NCBI GenBank assembly: GCA_013265495.1
Contig: MU058584.1
Coordinates: 1,586,616-1,650,615, forward strand
Source: Vicugna vicugna
Lineage: Eukaryota
DNA: 64,000 nucleotides
Direction: 5' to 3'
The notes beneath the pieces were generated by a model. It was not told where the DNA came from. It saw nothing but the letters and a program-made list of their open reading frames with translations, and ran no database searches. Positions 1 to 12,759 of this stretch are shown piece after piece. The translations under genes and the position numbers were made by a program. Each line of letters starts with the position of its first letter. Positions within the stretch are counted from its first letter, which is position 1.

Positions 1-768
1 CACAAGTATAGAGTTGGGTAGCAGTCCTGAGCTGGGTGGGTAACCGTCTCCCTTATTCAGGATATTTCTATTGCAAGCATGGTAGACCCCTGCTAAGATC
101 ACCAGGCTCTTCCTGAAACTACCTTCCCCAAAGACACTTTTTTTTTTCCATAAGAAGTATCAGGCTGCTCTCCTTTGCCCCAGAATCCTGAACTGAAATC
201 AGTTCAAAAGCATTTCAGATTATCCCTGCTTTTTCACTTTCTCATTGTGTAATAGGGAAGAACAAATCTGACCTTATATTAGATCTGTCCCTTTAATTCT
301 AGCTCTGGGCTCTGTTTTCTGTGCTTAGTCATGCTGGTTCTGCACCTTTTGTAACAGAAGGTTGCCTATAGCCTGAAATATACAGAACAGCCCATTCTCA
401 AGGCTCTGACCTGTAAGGGTATAACACTTTTCCTTTCATATAGAGATAAAAAGTTGCAGAACAGAAGATAACATTTGTCCTGCTGGAGGTTTACAAGAAC
501 ATCATGACCTGACCAATGTGGACAGCTGCAAAAACAAAAGATTCCCACAGGAAGAAGTTTGCAACAACCAGCCACACCCCCACACCCTTTCTAGTATAAA
601 AGGAGCATCAATTCTGACTTGGGTAAGATGATTCTCTAGGACATTAGTCCCCCATCTTCTCGGTCTGCTGACTTTCTGAATAAAATCATTATTCCTTGCC
701 CAAACACCTCATCTCTAGATTTTCTGGCCTGTTTTGTGGCTAGCAGCATAAGTTTGGACTCAATAACA
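1..768 (+). mobile_element. ERV1 LTR, MER41-like, 5' end beyond the window
   Basis: TATAAAA near 595, AATAAA at 679-684 and a 3' end ...tttggactcaataaca (CA at 767-768). The 3' third resembles recalled MER41-family LTR ends. Confidence 0.7.
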
Positions 769-1269
769 ACTGTGACATCTCCTGATACTCAGAATGACCT
801 TCTATTGTTACTAGCTTATCTCTTTTTCAACCTCCCCACCTTGGCCCAGGGTCTGCTATTTCATTTCGGCCTACCTCCTTTTCTGGCTTATACAGAATGC
901 CTACTCCAGCACCTTCTCCAAATCTTTTAACTATTGATAAAAAAATATACTGTTAGACAGTTGGCTTTCTAATGATGATGAATATCACAACCTAGTGTTT
1001 GAAGATGAATGACTTGATGCTTAAATGTGAAAGAGCCAAAGCTAGTGCTGGATATGTGCTCCTCTTTCTCCCATTTGGGGACCTCTGTCTCTATTTTTGA
1101 CACCTCTTCTTTTCCTAGGAGCTTACGGCCACTTGTGTATCTGTGTATCCAGAAAACCATAGTGATGATTCATCAGATCTGCCTCCTCCTCTGTTCCCAT
1201 CCATTTCACTAACAACATTTTTCTCAGTTGCAGTCTAATTTTTCCTCGTTGAATTTCCTCTTTGATTGA

Positions 1270-1680
1270 TGTGCCATGCATAATACACCTAACTAATATC
1301 CAATTCCTCTTCTGGGCACATGAAAGGCTGATACTTTTCTGCCTCCCTTGAAGCTAGATGTGATCATGTGACCTGCTCAGGCCAATGAAGTGTGCATAGA
1401 AGTGGTGCATGTCACTTTCTTGCAGGAAAATTTAATCACCAGTGCATGACTCTCCTGGCTTCTCTTCTGCTGTGGTGATCGCAGGATACATATTGATATG
1501 GAGGTGCCATGAGATCAAAGGAATCTATAGTGCTGAGCCAATACATGGAGGACAGCTGCCCTGGAGAGTCGCCTGGACATTCTGAAGACTTCATATGAGT
1601 AAGTTTTGTTGTACCAAAAGGAATTAAGATTGTGGGAATATTTTTAGCGCTGCGTAACCTTGAATATTTTGACTATTATG
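1270..1680 (+). mobile_element. ERVL LTR, LTR16-like
   Basis: Core ctgggcaca...cctcccttgaagctagatgtgatcatgtgacc...ggccaatgaagtgtgcatagaagtg resembles the LTR16-family core. Confidence 0.55.
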
Positions 1681-2445
1681 GTTGAAAAGTAATCTCAAGA
1701 GTATAATACATTGTTAGTAATTGATGATATCTTAATGTATTATCTCTTCCAGAGTAGTTCCATTGTGATAGGAGATCCCAGGGGGCAAGATATCTTAACT
1801 GAGAAGAATGAACTACTAATGATGGAGTAGAAGGCTCTTGGGCATATTAGAGAAGATGACATTTTGGAATAAGACTGTCTCTTTGCTCTCTAATTGTACC
1901 ATGATGGTATCTGGTCAGATTATTATACATATACACATTTTAGGAAGTACAATTTGTGACAAATGCAGAAACTGTGGAATCTTGGCTTTTGTTAAAGTTT
2001 TCCCCTCTAATCCATTCTGAATATCATTACCATAATGTTGTAGATCACTCATTGTGTCCTCAGTGATCCTTGTGTCTTTAATTTTTATCCAGGTTCAAAT
2101 ACCCTCCTCTGTGATTACTAATAATCATACCTTCATTTTTATGAGTTCTAGCTAGGATACAGGCTTTTTATGTATGTTATCACTGTTCTCTTCAACTACC
2201 CTGTGCGATATTGTCCCCAAAGGCACATGGTTAAAAAGTGGGTGATAGAAGCAAGATTCAAACCTGGATCCACTTGAGAATATATACTCACTTCCCCATG
2301 AACTCTCTCTCTCTCTCTCCTTAGATGGAACCCACATTTCCTTCAAAGCCCAACATAAGCTTCACCTCCCCAGTGAAGTGTCTTCTCTGACAGTCCTCTG
2401 CACTATGGCCCCTCCTCCTTTGCAACCCTTATTGTCATTTGGAAC

Positions 2446-3004
2446 CATGGTAGCTTGTCTCCAAAGATGGTCCTCCAGTGATTCATGCCTCTTGATATTC
2501 AGGTCCTGAACAAGCCGTCCCTGTGATTTTTCACGTTGACCCACACTATGTGATGGAAGGGATATTGCATGACTTCTAAGTCATAAGAAGCCTTGAAGTT
2601 TTCTCCTCAGCCTCTGGGAATACTCACTCTGGGAGATACTGCCTGAGGGAAGCCAAATATCATATGAGATGTCTAAGACCATCTGAGGCTACTGTGCTGT
2701 GAGAGAGTACGAGGTAGCCATATGCAGATGACATGTGGAGAGAGACTCATAGCCTCTGGGTAGCCTCTGTCTATTCCAGACATCCCAAAAGGGGCACCAC
2801 ACCTCAAATAAAGGAGCATTCAGGCTGTCCAGCCAGATGGTTTCAGCTCCAGCTGCCAACTCAGCAACCACGTGGGAGACCTCATAGGAGAACCACCCAG
2901 CTGAACCCAGTCAAACCACAGAGCCGTGAGTTACAATGATGAAGAAGTTTTTAGACCACCAACTAAAGGGGAGGTTTATTTTACTCCAACAGGTATTTGG
3001 AACA
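2446..3004 (+). mobile_element. MaLR LTR, MLT1 family (MLT1F/G/H-like)
   Basis: Starts tggtagcttgtctccaaagatgg. Contains aaccacccagctgaacccagtcaaaccacagagccgtgag. Ends near tggaaca. Confidence 0.7.
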
Positions 3005-3399
3005 GGAACTTACCATATACTGTCCTCCTTCCCCACTACTGGCATGTTGTAATATTACTATTCTATTCACTTTAAAATTTTTAATAATTTACATGATTGA
3101 TCTATCACCATCATCTTGATTGAAAGCTTTCTGGACGTTTGTCTTATCTGAGATGAATTCCCCAGCTTAGCACCTGGGGCGTGTAAGACTTCAACAAGTG
3201 TCTGTCGATTGATTGATAAGCTCCTTTAGGTCAGAGGCTATGTTATGCCTACGTTTATATTTCCTGCAAACACAGAGCTTTATTGTAGACCTTCAAGGAT
3301 ATTTTTTTGGCAAGACTTCTGCCAACCATCCTGCTCCAACACACTCTAACAAGTGATCAGTTTTCCACAACTCCCCTCCTTGGTTGGTCCACATATCCC

Positions 3400-3766
3400 A
3401 GGCTTCATCCTCACTGGTTTGCGCTTCCTAACCTGTGTTTTCAATCACACTGTTGTTCCCTGTGCTTGGAGTGTCCTCCTACCCACCAGCCACCTGTTCC
3501 ACTTTGTGAAAAGCTGTTCTTTCTGTAAAATCCAGCCAAAAGATGGCCTCTTTCAACTTCCCCTGCTGGCGCAATAATAATCCCAACTCTTGAGTTCACA
3601 GGCCCTGTTAGGTGCTTACCCCATGGAGTTCCACTTACTGCTTCATGGTCTCTGTTGACCAGTGAGATTTTCAAGGACTGAGGCTGTAGCTTATTTAACT
3701 TGGACTCCCCAGCACGGGATATGATGCAGAGCAGGTGGTCAATAAATGACTGTTGGATGAATGAAC
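3400..3766 (+). mobile_element. L2 LINE 3' end
   Basis: tgttccctgtgcttggagtgtcctcc, followed by the terminal tcaataaatgactgttggatgaatgaa typical of L2 tails. Confidence 0.6.
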
Positions 3767-3904
3767 ACATTTTACAAGGAGAGAATGACTGTGTGAGAGA
3801 TAAGAAATAAACACGGTGTTGAGTGTTTTGTCACCACAAAGTGCTATTAATATACAATTGGCACCCAGCTCCCTGGCTGCTCCTGCCTATCTCACACCTT
3901 TCAT

Positions 3905-4060
3905 CTTTCACCGCAAAGCCAACAGCCTTTCTTTAATCAATGCAGTTGCCTTTCTCTGAACCCTCTCTAGTTTGTATATAATTTTTTTGTCCTGAGATGC
4001 CTGAAGCCTCTTCATATTCAGCCCAAAATAGCACTGACCTTTCAGCTGCTGTATCACCTG
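3905..4060 (-). mobile_element. L3/CR1 LINE fragment (ORF2 C-terminal region)
   Basis: Minus-strand ORF 3908..4114 contains KLERVQRKATALIK, matching the CR1 ORF2 motif KLERVQRRAT(K/R)MIKGL. Confidence 0.65.
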
Positions 4061-4504
4061 GCAGCTCATATCTAATTTCCTTCTGCAAGAGCCTCTCTCA
4101 CTTGCTTTTAGCATTTTGCTTTCCAGGTTTCTCTCGCCGCTTGCCGTGTCGTTGATTGTGTTTTTCCCTCAGAGAATCTGGTTTCTTTCTTTTTTTTTTT
4201 CTTCTGGTTTGAACTCTCCCTGGCTATTTCTTTCTTTTTCCCCAGGTATTCATGGTACACAAGGTGGGGATAGGGGGAGGTTTGGGAGGTGGGGGAGGCT
4301 GTGTTGTGGTGATTTCCCTTCTGGGGAGGAGCTCTCATTAGACCTGGAAGGTAGCACTGTCCCAGCTTTTTCAGTCCCCTCAACAGATTGCTGTCAAAAG
4401 CAGTCTTTCTAGCTTTTCTGTGAATTCAGGAGAAACATCTCATTGGTTTGGAATTTTTTTCATCTTTTTGTTTGTTTGTCTGTTTTTCCTTTTGTTTCCT
4501 TTCT

Positions 4505-4621
4505 TTCTTCTTCTTCTTCTTCTTCTTCTTCTTCTTCTTCTTCTTCTTCTTCTTCTTCTTCTTCTTCTTCTTCTTCTTCTTCTTCTTCTTCTTCTTCTTC
4601 TTCTTCTTCTTCTTCTTCTTC
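4505..4621. repeat. (TTC)39 / (GAA)39 trinucleotide microsatellite
   Basis: 117 bp uninterrupted TTC run read directly. It explains the poly-L/S/F/R ORFs at 4420-4675. Confidence 0.97.
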
Positions 4622-5639
4622 TCTTCAAATTTGTGTGATATCCATTGTGGGTTAAATGCTAAGGAATCTGGGTGACATGCTATGAAAATTTCTTCTCAGC
4701 AATTCTTAGGAGCCATCTTTGTTAAGGGCAAGCCTCAGATTCCAGCCGCCATTACTTCCTACAAAATGGCTTCCCACAGAAAACCAGAAAGACATCACTG
4801 TCTCCATAACTCCTGTGAATGAAAGAGGCTTTTAGAACATGGAACTCTTTGTGAGTCCCAGGAACTGGCCCTATAACTCATATTCAAACAAAGAAATTGC
4901 AAAAGTAAACAACATCATCCATCCTTAGAAAAATCACTAATTAAAATTGACAAATTTGCCACTTCTAGAATGTGCTCTGTGTTTTAATGCCTTTATGCTT
5001 AGATGTGGGCTGTTTCTTCATCTTGAAAAAACCTGGCTTACCTTCTTGCTTTATTGAAACTTGCATTGTCCTTCAAAGAACCATTCAGATGCCACTTCCT
5101 TATTGAAAAGTCATCTTATCACCCATATGTAGGTTCTCACTCTCTCCTGCCAGTTCCTGCTACTTTTTGTTTGTACCAGCTTTCTAGCTTGCAAAACAGT
5201 CAGCCTTATATTTGAATTCCTTACAGAGGCATTATTTCTCCTTCAAACTCCTTGGGGTAGGAAAGCTGGCTTTATCATTCCTGTAACTTCTACCAAGAAA
5301 ATCATAAGCCTTTTAAAGACATCTCCTAGAGTGATTCATAGTAATTTTGCTTTCAGAGTGAAAACCACACACCCATAGGTCAGTCCCGCTGTGATTCTCA
5401 GCAGGCAAGCACCCTTCCTGGATCACTGCTGCTTGGAGGCTAGAAAAAGCCTCTCTAGATACCCTGGAGTTAATTTAATAACAAATTAAAGCTGTTTGAA
5501 TGAGTGTGTGTGGGAGGGTCCAAATAAGGAAAAGGGAGGAGCAGTGGTGGGAAAGAGAAGACTGCTTTTTCATCAGAATATTTTATCCCAATGGAACTGA
5601 GTTGTGATCCCCCTCCAAAAACAATGGTATAAATCATTA

Positions 5640-5900
5640 TTTTAATAGTCACCATTTGAGAATTTTTAAATGCCAAGGTACTTCACTCAGTGCTCTATGT
5701 GCAGTATTGCATTCAATTCTCACGACAACCCTAAGAAATAGATGTTATCATTATCCTCATAGAACAGATAAGGAAACTAAAGTTCTGGACAGAAAGGTTA
5801 AGTCATTTACCAAAGACACACAGTGAGTAAGTGGCGGTGGTTGCATTCAAGCCCCGACTAGGCTGATGGTAGGATCCCTGCTAGAAGCAATACACTAGTT
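5640..5900 (-). mobile_element. MIR SINE
   Basis: cacgacaaccctaagaa...cagataaggaaactaaag...gttaagtcatttaccaaagacacacagtgagtaagtggc is the reverse MIR core. Confidence 0.75.
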
Positions 5901-6029
5901 TGTCTCTCTCTACAGGTAGAGGTAGTCCTTTCTTTTCCTTGGGTCACAGTTCTTCCCCCATGATCATTAATGAATATTGAAGGCTTTTGAGCATGATGAA
6001 AGGCTTGTAGTTTACACTGCTAAACAGAA

Positions 6030-6260
6030 TAATAACTTTAACAACTGCTATTTATACATTAATTCTTAGACCATTTATAAATGACTCCTACATGTCAGGG
6101 ACCTCTACACCTTCCACACAATCATCACCACTCTCCGCAGCAACTCTGTAAGGGGAATGAAATTATCTTCATTAAACAGACAAGGAAACTAAAGGCCATC
6201 GAGGTGAAGGAGCTTGCATGGAGTCCAACGGCCAGTAAGTAATAAAGCCAGCATTTATCT
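6030..6260 (-). mobile_element. MIR SINE
   Basis: aactctgtaagggg...acagacaaggaaactaaaggc...ggccagtaagt is the reverse MIR core. Confidence 0.6.
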
Positions 6261-8137
6261 GCTGTGCTGCCTTTGATGACATCCTGGCTCCCTGCACGGC
6301 TCTGGAGAAAAGGATGCGTTTGCTTTCATTAATAATTTACTGGTTTCCCTCCTCCAATTCAAGGAAGACAATTATTATTGTTGCTTTTATTGTTATTATT
6401 ATATCTCAGAGCCTGTTTCCATGTAATGATACATGAGTTAAGGTTAGATTATTGCTTTAGCGCCCACTGATCCTAAATTATATTTCCAGAATTTCCCAGG
6501 TGGTACCGAGTATGTGTGCTGAACATTAAATTGAAATCTTCTGTTTTTCCTACTAAACTGTGAATGATTGAAAGGCAGGAGAATTTCCTTCTTTCTTGTT
6601 TTGTTACTTTCACATTTTATTTCAGTTGTAATGAAAGAATGTGATTAGAGGCAATGAAAAAAAAAAGTCTATGTCTCAATCCAATTATTCCATTCAGCTT
6701 CCCATTTCTCAGGACACATTTCTCTGCTTAATTGAAATCACAGGAGAATTTCTTATTCACCTTTGGAACCTCAATTCCTGGCAAATAGTAGATGGTGAAT
6801 AAGAGTGGAATGGAATTCTTGCCCCTGCCGTCCCCCCTCCCCCAGTTTTCACATATCTCTTTCCTTCCTTCTGGGCTATTATTTTATCACCCAGCTTATT
6901 TTACATCCCGTCTTGAGACTGCAGTGGCACCCGCAGGCACTACTCACCCTAGAAGTCACATTCTAGGACCAGAGAGCGGCTGATCCTGCTCAGGCAGTCG
7001 TCCGTGCCCGGGGCTTCTCCCCTGCCCTGGGAAGCACGGCAAGCGCTCCCCTCTCTCTCTCCTCTCCTGGAACACTGGCTCCCCGTATTCCTGTTTAGCA
7101 GTGCTTGTGTTCAGATTCATTAATTAATGAAGATTAATCAATAATTAAGTGTTCTATAGCCACCCAGAGGCCATTTCATGGTACAGTGATGTATTTATTG
7201 CCCCATTTAGTGCAAGGACTCAGAAGCTGTCTGGTACTGCTCGTAGGTTGGTTTATTATATGCTGCCTGATTGACAACCTTGGACTAGAAGCACCTCTCT
7301 CCTAGCCCCTCTGTCACACCGGGACCTTAGCCCAGCCCTCTTGGCACCGATGCTGTCCGCACCAGCCCAGATCTCTCAATCCGTCCCTTGGAGACTTGTG
7401 GACTCGGGTTCCTGGACTGACTGGGGCTGGGGCTGGGGCTACGGTGGAGCCAGACAGCTTGGGAACAGTGCCCTTGGTGGCTTTGAGTCCCATAGCTTTG
7501 CCCCAGCAGCAGCCACTGGGACTTGTTGTTCATGGGAGGCACTGCCATCAAGTGTTGGGCTCTCTGCCCTAGTATTAGGGGAAGGTTCCCCCAAGGACCT
7601 TGAAAAAGTGCAAGTGGAAGTTCAGTGAGAGTGCTGCCATTCACGCAGGGCCAGAGCACCCTGCTCCCCAGGGTACCATCTCTACGTCTCCAGGAAGGCG
7701 AGTGTTCCCTCTTAGTCATGGGCAGTGCATGCACAACTGGTGCACACCACAGACTTGGTGGTGATCTGCTAATTGACTGACGCTTGGGACTCTGATTCTG
7801 GCACCAATTAATGTGGGATTCAACATGTCCCATCACTGCCTAAATGCTTCCGTTCCACTCTTGGCTAAATGTTACCCTTAGGGAAGATGCACTGGCCTGC
7901 GGGTCCAGGGCAGCATCAATCTGGGGTGTGAAAACCCAGCATAAAGTTAGGGACATTCAACTTCAAGGCTCCCAAGATTCTCCTTTTTGTGTGTATCCAG
8001 GGGAAGGGGAGGCTGTTCAGAACCTAATTCTCTTGAACTGTCTATTTCTAGAAACACCAGTGATCAGATCCTCCATTGTTGAAGAGATCAACGACCTCTT
8101 AACCAAAGCCAGGTGGGATTCCCAAGCCCCCTCTATA

Positions 8138-8617
8138 CAGAAGGTCCCCAGCTTATAATTGCTCAGTTCAGGATTTTCAACTTTATGATGGTGCGAAAGT
8201 GATACACATTCAGTTGAAAATGTGATTTGAAGTTTGATCTTTTCCCAGGCCAGGAATATGCGGTATGATACCCTCTCATGATTCTGGACAGCAGAGAGCC
8301 ACCCACGGCTCCCAGTCAGCCACGGGATCGTGAGGGTAAACAAGCAGTACACTTACAGCCATCCTGTACCCATACGACCATTCTGGTTTTCATTTTCAGC
8401 CCAGAATTCAATAAATTACATACGATAGTCAATAGTATTATAAAATAAGCTTTGTGTTAGACGATTTTACCTAAGTTTAGTGTGAGGGTTCTGAGCACAT
8501 TTAAAGCAGGTATGATATTTGGAAAGTTAGATGTTTTAAATGAATTTTTGACTTGCAATATTCACCTTATGATGGGTTTGCAGGGAGGTCACCCCATCGT
8601 AAGTTGAGAAAGATCAG
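8138..8617. mobile_element. Tigger3 (GOLEM)-like TcMar DNA transposon deletion derivative
   Basis: Flanked by TA on both sides (8136-8137, 8618-8619). Termini are cagaaggtcccc and ccccatcgtaagttgagaaagatcag. Internal ttataaaataagctttgtgttagacgatttt resembles Tigger3. Confidence 0.75.
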
Positions 8618-9199
8618 TACACATAAAAATACTTTTGGTCTGGCGTGTTGCGATTTTATTTGAGAAGGACCTGTTTATCTTAGCTCCCACTGACAATGGC
8701 CAACTAAATGAGTATTAACAGTGGTGACATGAAAATAGCCACCTCTGATTATCTATTAAGTTCCAGCCTCTGTGTCAGACATTTCCCATTTAACAGCCAG
8801 AGAAGACGTAGCTTGAGACATAGAAATCCCCGTGGAAGGAATGAGTGATTATACATGGAGCTTAACTTGTACAAATGCTTTTTATTGCTTTCCTCCTTTT
8901 TTCCTCTTCACTCTTCTCCAGCAGATTTGGGGAGGTGGGTGTGGAGGAGCTGCCAGATTGGAATTTGGCCTCTCACCTCTGGGAGGCCCTCTGGGACCAG
9001 GAGGACCCCCAAGGAAAGGAGACCCAGAGCTAACTGGTCAGGGCTGCCTCTACTTTAAATATTAGGGGAGCAGGGAAACAGGCTTCCAGTATAATTACCC
9101 ATGAATTTAAGGCTAAAGTACCAGTTAGCCATAAATAATGTTATTCAACTGCAGAAAATTCCATAGTTTATATCCCATGGATGACAGAACAGCAATTCA

Positions 9200-9385
9200 G
9201 CATTCAGGATCCTGATCACAGTCCTTTCTAAGAGAGAAGTGACAAACGTAGGTATGATCATTTCCATTTGATGATGGAAGAAACTGAAGCTCAGGGAGAC
9301 TGTGTAGATTATTGATGGGCACACAACTGGTGGGTGGCTGAGTTGCAAGTCAACTCAGTCTGACTCCAAAGTTCTGTCTATGGAA
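9200..9385 (-). mobile_element. MIR SINE
   Basis: ccatttgatgatggaagaaactgaagctcagggag...cagtctgactccaaag. Confidence 0.65.
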
Positions 9386-12300
9386 CAGCGATGTGGCTAT
9401 GATTCCCTTCCCATTACTGGAAGGAAACAGGCTTTCCTATTAACTATATCTTATTTCCACAAACGATCAGGTCCGCAAAGGTTTTCACATGATGCTCATT
9501 ATTTCTATGTAAATAAATGAAGCAATTACTTGGAGTCTCAGTTTTTATTATTGAAAACCTAAATTGTTCAGGTGAGGGAACTCGGTCCCCCAGCCCTGCC
9601 CTACACCAAGTGCTCACTTTACTCATTCACACACAACCAAGAAGTATGTTGTGAACCTGTCATGGGTCTTAAGCTCTAATATAGACCAGTCTGCCCCTCT
9701 TGCCATGAAATTAAATAGTGTTATGATCCAGAATATCCACCTCCCCCCCCCCAAAAAAAAAGCCATCTCCTGATCATCAGACTGGGTGACTCTCGTCAAG
9801 CTATTACTACAGTACTTGTTCTTTGAAGGACCACAGCTTCTAGGGGAGGGGAAGGCAAGCGATAGCATCTCCTTGGTTCCAGGGGAGAAGGCAGTGTGCC
9901 ATAGGCTCAACCTCAGATTTCCTGTTATTCATAATTTTCTGAATGTCTTGTACACCCAACAGAGTTCCAGGATGATCAGCAGTTAGTAGTCAGAACTTTC
10001 ATTATGCTGAAAAATTAGGGAGATAAAGCAAGAGAAGAAGGTATGAGGTTTTTGTTTGTTTGTTTGTTATTGTTTTGTTTTGTTTTAAATCAGCAGTAGA
10101 AGGGTTTTCCTCTGCCTCTACCTCTCTGACGTAGGTGGAGTCCCAGCGTGGGTAGGCTGGAAACCTGGGACCTGCAGGGCAGTGTGTCTGGCCCACTAGC
10201 TTCATTACGAAGCCAATAGGATAGTATTGGAGGTAGCACAGCGGGAAATTGCCCAGTTAGAAACATGACAGATGACAACTCAGAAGACTCTGAGCAGAGC
10301 AGGGGAGATGAGGTATGAACTTATGGGAGGGCAGAGGAGAACGCGAAAGACAGAGAAGGTTGAAAGAGGATATCCAGCTGGTAAGAGAGGTTTCAGCGAC
10401 TTTTTATGAGATGTCATAAACTCAGATACTAGAAGAGAGAGAGAGGAGGTAGAAGCATTCACTGAAAGGAGATAGTTACCACGCGGGGATGTCTAGTTGA
10501 GATGTAGGTTTTCCATGCCGGAAATGCAACCTACCATTATCCCCTCAACTTCTCATTCCCCTTTATATAAAGCGCAGTATGACCATTCTTACCTACCTTT
10601 TTCCTGTGTGAGGGACTAAAATGGATCTCTTCCTACTCAACAATAACCAACCTACATGTCAGTTCATCCCATAACCCCTACCTCCTGCAAGGTATTGTCC
10701 CAAACTGTGGTTTCTTTTATCTTTCTGTTGGCTTTGTCTTAAATGTACAAGCATTCCAACTAGCCCCATCCTCTACTTGACCCCAAGCCCTGTTGTGTCT
10801 ATTTTCCAATCTTATTCCTTTCCCTCCCAACCCTGAACTGAAGTCAGCTATCTCCAGGTCCTTGTTCCCCATTCACTCCTCAACACGCTCTCTATTCCCA
10901 CCAATACCCTGAGAAGCTCTCAACCAAGTTCTAAAACAAAACCAAACAAACAAACAAAACATGTTGCCACCTTCTGAGGGTCCTTCTCAATCCTAGTCTT
11001 ACTGGATTAGTGTTCTTTCTTCCATGACATCTTCACTCCTTTTTGACCTTATAGGAGCTCCTATAGTCAAAAGATTCAGGTGTGCAGATATATAGATTTC
11101 TGCTGGTGGCAGAAAAACTAAAATTTATCAATTCATATAAGTCATCCTTTTTGGTTTCAAACTGAATTTTGGTTAACTGCATAATTGGTTTCTTGTGTTC
11201 TTTGATTTTTTTTCTGTTCTTTTCACCAGAGTAATCTTGACATGAGGGGAAAGGATGTCTGGTTTGATGGGTCTCAGCATGCTTGGTTTTGGGGTGTCTG
11301 CATTCGTCTTCACTGCATCCCCTGATGAAATGTTTGAGTGTCACCACGGTCGAGGTCCACGTTTCTGAGATCTCTTTGTCCGCTGGGAAGCCCTGGCAGA
11401 ATCATCAGGCTGTTATTAGTCACTTCTCTGCTGCCCTGGGAGCACATGTTCTGCCTTGTCAACCCCATGCAGGAACCAAAACGGTGTGTGAGACTGCTCA
11501 TCCACCCAGACAGTCCCCCCAGTTACTGAGATTAGCCCAGTCACACTTTGTGTTAGAATCAGAGCTACTTTGAGAGACTTGGCATCTTCAAGGATGCAAT
11601 GCTTTGGCTTATCCCATTGCTAATGTCTCAAAAAAGCAGAAGTCACACATGATTTGACCTCAGAAAACCCCACACCAAAGTCCAGCGACTCCTGTTTGTC
11701 TTGCCCTCCATTCTCACTTTATTTTGTTAAGTGTTTGACTGCTGCTGGATTGGTCTTCCCTCACAGTGATGCTAAAAGCAATTAAAGTAACAGAGCTGAA
11801 GGTATGATCCATAATTCCTCAATTTATCACCCCTTGCTTGACCTCCGTACCACATTCCATCTCTCTTGGGATAAATGCCAAACCAGAGGTTGTTTTCAGG
11901 ATTGAGATCCAGTTAGATTTATCACTAAAAGGAACCAAGAAATACAGGCCATTTAATGTCAGTTACTTAAAAGAGAAGGAGTTTAACTCTTGATTGAAAG
12001 AGGAAAACTCACATTCAGACCAAATAGCTAGTCTCCAGTAGGTCTGCTTCAGGTATGATCTCAAAAGGATCGTGCAAAAGCCCCCAGTTTCCCGCTGGTC
12101 CAGGCCCAAGTTTAGGTCTGATTAGCAACTATGTATTTGTCATAAAAAGTTTGTGGCAGTCCCAGCTCAGAGAAGGTGAAAGGAAGGGTCAGAGGGGTCT
12201 ATCATCTTCTTTAAACAAAAACATGGGGAACTTTCATCTCAGGTAAAAAATTCAGACAGCAGAAACCGATAGGCTCTCACAGATATTTACACAGGTTAAG

Positions 12301-12759
12301 AAAGACAGGTTCTTCCTTTCATTGAGCATGTTAGACACCTGGCAGTGCCCCGAATTCCACGCTCTTAGAAGTAAAAGTAGGCCTTTGTTTAGTAAACACA
12401 GGCATCCCTGGGGGGGAATTAAAAAAAAAAAAAGCTTAATGCTTATTTCCTAAGTTGACATGTCCCAGTTTGGAGAATTGGGTTCTTCGGGTTTTGTTAT
12501 TTCTGGGCCTGGCTGACGGAGTTCCTAACCTGGGGAGATGTCCTGAGATGAAAGAAGCATCCTCTAGAAACTGGATAACTTCACCCCCAAGTGCTAGGTC
12601 ACCCCATCTCTGCCAGTAGAATCAGCTGAGATATTTGCTCCGCAGCCTCTGCTGGATTCAAGTCAGAAGTTGAAAACACAAGAGAGACAAGAATGGGTCA
12701 GGTTGCTTTACAGCAGCAGCAGCAGCGTCTTTGTCGTCAGAGCTGCTGCAAACGTGGGT

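Noticed and set aside
1..768. Interferon-inducible (STAT1 GAS) enhancer as in primate MER41
   Set aside because: I did not see tandem TTCnnnGAA sites in the visible part, and the 5' end lies outside the window.
4420..4675. Poly-Leu/Ser/Phe/Arg ORFs
   Set aside because: They are translations of the (TTC)39 microsatellite.
7327..7836. Longest ORF in the track (169 aa, minus strand)
   Set aside because: No recognisable domain or clear splice architecture. The length is compatible with chance in GC-richer DNA.
11033..11573. Overlapping ORFs with a Lys-rich peptide, possible retrocopy
   Set aside because: I recognise no homology, poly-A tail or TSD. It cannot be supported without a BLAST search.
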